This document shows positions 6,774 to 8,397 of a DNA stretch of 8,397 bases, piece by piece. A program made the position numbers and the translations under genes. The notes below the pieces were generated by a model. The model had not been told where the DNA came from and did no database searches. It saw only the letters and a program-made list of their open reading frames with translations. This DNA comes from Prasinococcaceae sp. CCMP 1430 (lineage: Eukaryota; Plantae; Prasinodermophyta), in contig RQSC01000579.1 of the NCBI GenBank assembly GCA_013416795.1, positions 1-8,397 of the forward strand, given 5' to 3'. How positions within the stretch are numbered: position 1 is the stretch's first letter; every line of letters begins with the position of its first letter.

Positions 6774-8397
6774 ATGGCGCCCACCACACAAAAGGAGGAC
6801 AGAAAGCGCAAGGCAGAAGAAGCCAGGAGGACAATGGAGCAATACCAGAAGGAGCTGGCGGCGACGTCCCTCACCAGGAGAGAACAAGAAAGGGTCCGCA
6901 AACAACAAGAGGCGGCAGAAGAGGCACAGAGGAAGAAGGATCAGGAAGCGGAAAACCTCAGGAAAGCTGAGGAGGAGAGACAGAAGAAACAACAAGAAGA
7001 AGCGGCAGCGGCAGAGGAGGAGAAAAGGAAAAAGATTGAAGCGGACAGACAGAAGAGCTTGGCCACTTACAGGTATACTGTGGTGGGTGGCCAAAACTTC
7101 GATAACCTGAAGGAAGCATTGCTGGCAGCCCAGGAGATCAACAGGCTGGAACAGACAACACTGCTACAGAAGGAAGGAGCTACAGCACTGGACAGGTACA
7201 TCGAGACACACACCGGCGTGGTCCTTTACGAAGATTATGCTAAGATGGTGGGCTATACAGCAGAGCAGGCCCGGTATCTCGCAGATGATTCAGAGGACAA
7301 GCCGGTCCCCATACCGGGAATAGTGGGAGATCAGAGACTCATCCGGATGGTGAGCATGCGGCCCGATAGCTTTAAGGATACGGTATTCTACCTCACACTC
7401 CTGCCAGCTTACAATGAAGTTGAGAGAAGGAGCTGGGAGTACTTGGCCAGGGAAGCAGGACAGCAGATGTTCTCTCCCCACTGGTTCCCGTGTAAACTGA
7501 GGAAGGCTGAGCACGGACCCCAGTACTACCAGCAGCCAACAGACTGGAGGTGGATGACCGTCACAAATAAGAAGCAGGAGTGTGACCGAGCCCAACCGGA
7601 TGACTTCCACTATGGCCTAGACGGCTATCTCATCCTACCACCTCACATTGCCCCTTGGGACCCCAGGCTGAATGGATGCCTGAGCAATATGAATGCAGAG
7701 ACCAAGGAACATAGGAGGAGGGGAAGAGACTACTTCTCTAAGGGAAAGCATGCCTTTGTCAAATGGGCAAAGAATGCAGGCCGGATAGATATCAGCAGGC
7801 TGAAGGCCAAGCAACCTCCAGCGCGCCCTAAGAAAGGGAGGTCGGTAGACTACTCCATGTCTACTAGGGAGCAGGACGACTTAGTGGACGAGACCCCTAC
7901 TCTCTCCGAGGAGGAGGATGAGGAGGATGAGGAAGAAGAACAAGGCAGAGGAGAAGCATCAGCAGCAGGTACTCAGGATACCCAGCGAGAGGCAGTGGCA
8001 CTTCCTAAAGAACCACGATCAGGTGTGTGGAATGTGATCCCCGTTATGGCGACAACTGGACCCCGCGCTCGCTCCCCCAGCCCACCTGCCCAAGCAGGGG
8101 AAGAAGCTGATCTGACTGTACTGGGCAGCAGACACAGGCAGAAATCCCCAGAGGACAGGGGTGCCAGAAGAGGGACACGCGGGTGGGCCAGAGGTATGCC
8201 AGCCTCCCCCTCCGCTCAGGGGCATGTACCTCTAGCCAATGTATTTCAGCATCCTACTGGAATGCCTGTCTATGTGGGCATCAACACCCAAGTGGTTGAA
8301 GAGCAGGCTACCATCCTTCGTTCTCCTCGAGGCCCAACTTTAGAGCAAACAGGGTTCTTTAGAAGGCCAGCTGACAGGCCTAGAGGGCTGTCCAGAT
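6774..8397 (+). CDS. ORF3, unknown accessory protein, 3' truncated by the window (about 558 aa predicted)
   Basis: Translated by hand with no stop in 541 codons (MAPTTQKEDRKRKAEEARRTMEQYQKELAA...LEQTGFFRRPADRPRGLSR). An in-frame ATG also lies at 6765 and the previous in-frame stop is at 6702. It joins the C-terminus seen at 2-349. Confidence 0.9.
   Translation, partial: MAPTTQKEDRKRKAEEARRTMEQYQKELAATSLTRREQERVRKQQEAAEEAQRKKDQEAENLRKAEEERQKKQQEEAAAAEEEKRKKIEADRQKSLATYRYTVVGGQNFDNLKEALLAAQEINRLEQTTLLQKEGATALDRYIETHTGVVLYEDYAKMVGYTAEQARYLADDSEDKPVPIPGIVGDQRLIRMVSMRPDSFKDTVFYLTLLPAYNEVERRSWEYLAREAGQQMFSPHWFPCKLRKAEHGPQYYQQPTDWRWMTVTNKKQECDRAQPDDFHYGLDGYLILPPHIAPWDPRLNGCLSNMNAETKEHRRRGRDYFSKGKHAFVKWAKNAGRIDISRLKAKQPPARPKKGRSVDYSMSTREQDDLVDETPTLSEEEDEEDEEEEQGRGEASAAGTQDTQREAVALPKEPRSGVWNVIPVMATTGPRARSPSPPAQAGEEADLTVLGSRHRQKSPEDRGARRGTRGWARGMPASPSAQGHVPLANVFQHPTGMPVYVGINTQVVEEQATILRSPRGPTLEQTGFFRRPADRPRGLSR
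8102..8397 (+). repeat. Direct repeat of 1-296 (period 8101 bp, about 96% identity)
   Basis: Substitutions at positions 22, 30, 34, 57, 83, 84, 90, 100, 133, 178, 232 and 277 of the left copy. Confidence 0.97.

Larger units (their letters stand above)
463..8397 (+). mobile_element. Ty3/Gypsy chromovirus-type LTR retrotransposon, apparently intact, with an extra third ORF; 3' end lies beyond the window
   Basis: LTR, PBS, gag and pol in Gypsy domain order PR-RT-RH-IN, with GPY/F motif and C-terminal chromodomain; gag and pol frames are uninterrupted. Confidence 0.97.

Noticed and set aside
6651-7094. 147-aa Leu/Phe-rich antisense ORF
   Set aside because: It is the reverse complement of the purine-rich coiled-coil region of ORF3, which produces hydrophobic codons and few stops automatically.
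6724-7110. 128-aa Arg-rich ORF with a hydrophobic N-terminus (superficially Rev/Tat-like)
   Set aside because: The Arg richness follows from reading GAG/AAG/GAA codons of ORF3 one base out of frame, and its ATG lies inside the putative intron. It cannot be fully excluded without ribosome profiling.
6774-8397. ORF3 as an env glycoprotein
   Set aside because: No signal peptide, transmembrane helix or evident fusion-protein features, and the protein is highly charged.

Overview
The window holds one nearly complete, apparently intact Ty3/Gypsy chromovirus-type LTR retrotransposon. It has a 746-bp LTR (463-1208), a tRNA-iMet PBS, gag (1243-2721), and pol (PR-RT-RNaseH-IN-chromodomain, ending at 6506) joined to gag by a clear -1 frameshift signal. 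A third sense-strand ORF, missing from the supplied ORF track because it has no stop inside the window, runs from 6774 off the right edge (541 or more codons). Bases 1-296 and 8102-8397 are about 96% identical copies of this ORF's 3' part. The single LTR therefore lies between a PPT and a PBS, shared by two head-to-tail copies with a period of 8101 bp (or joined by the assembler through a collapsed LTR). The most interesting part is the ORF3 cassette. It encodes a non-env, probably nuclear protein of about 558 aa (coiled coil, unrecognised globular core, acidic tract, RS/SP tail). It is bracketed by two copies of a hairpin plus polypurine tract, preceded by a CpG-rich zone and an intron-like leader, and its C-terminus shows only synonymous changes between copies. 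All counts and pairings were done by hand and no database searches were run.
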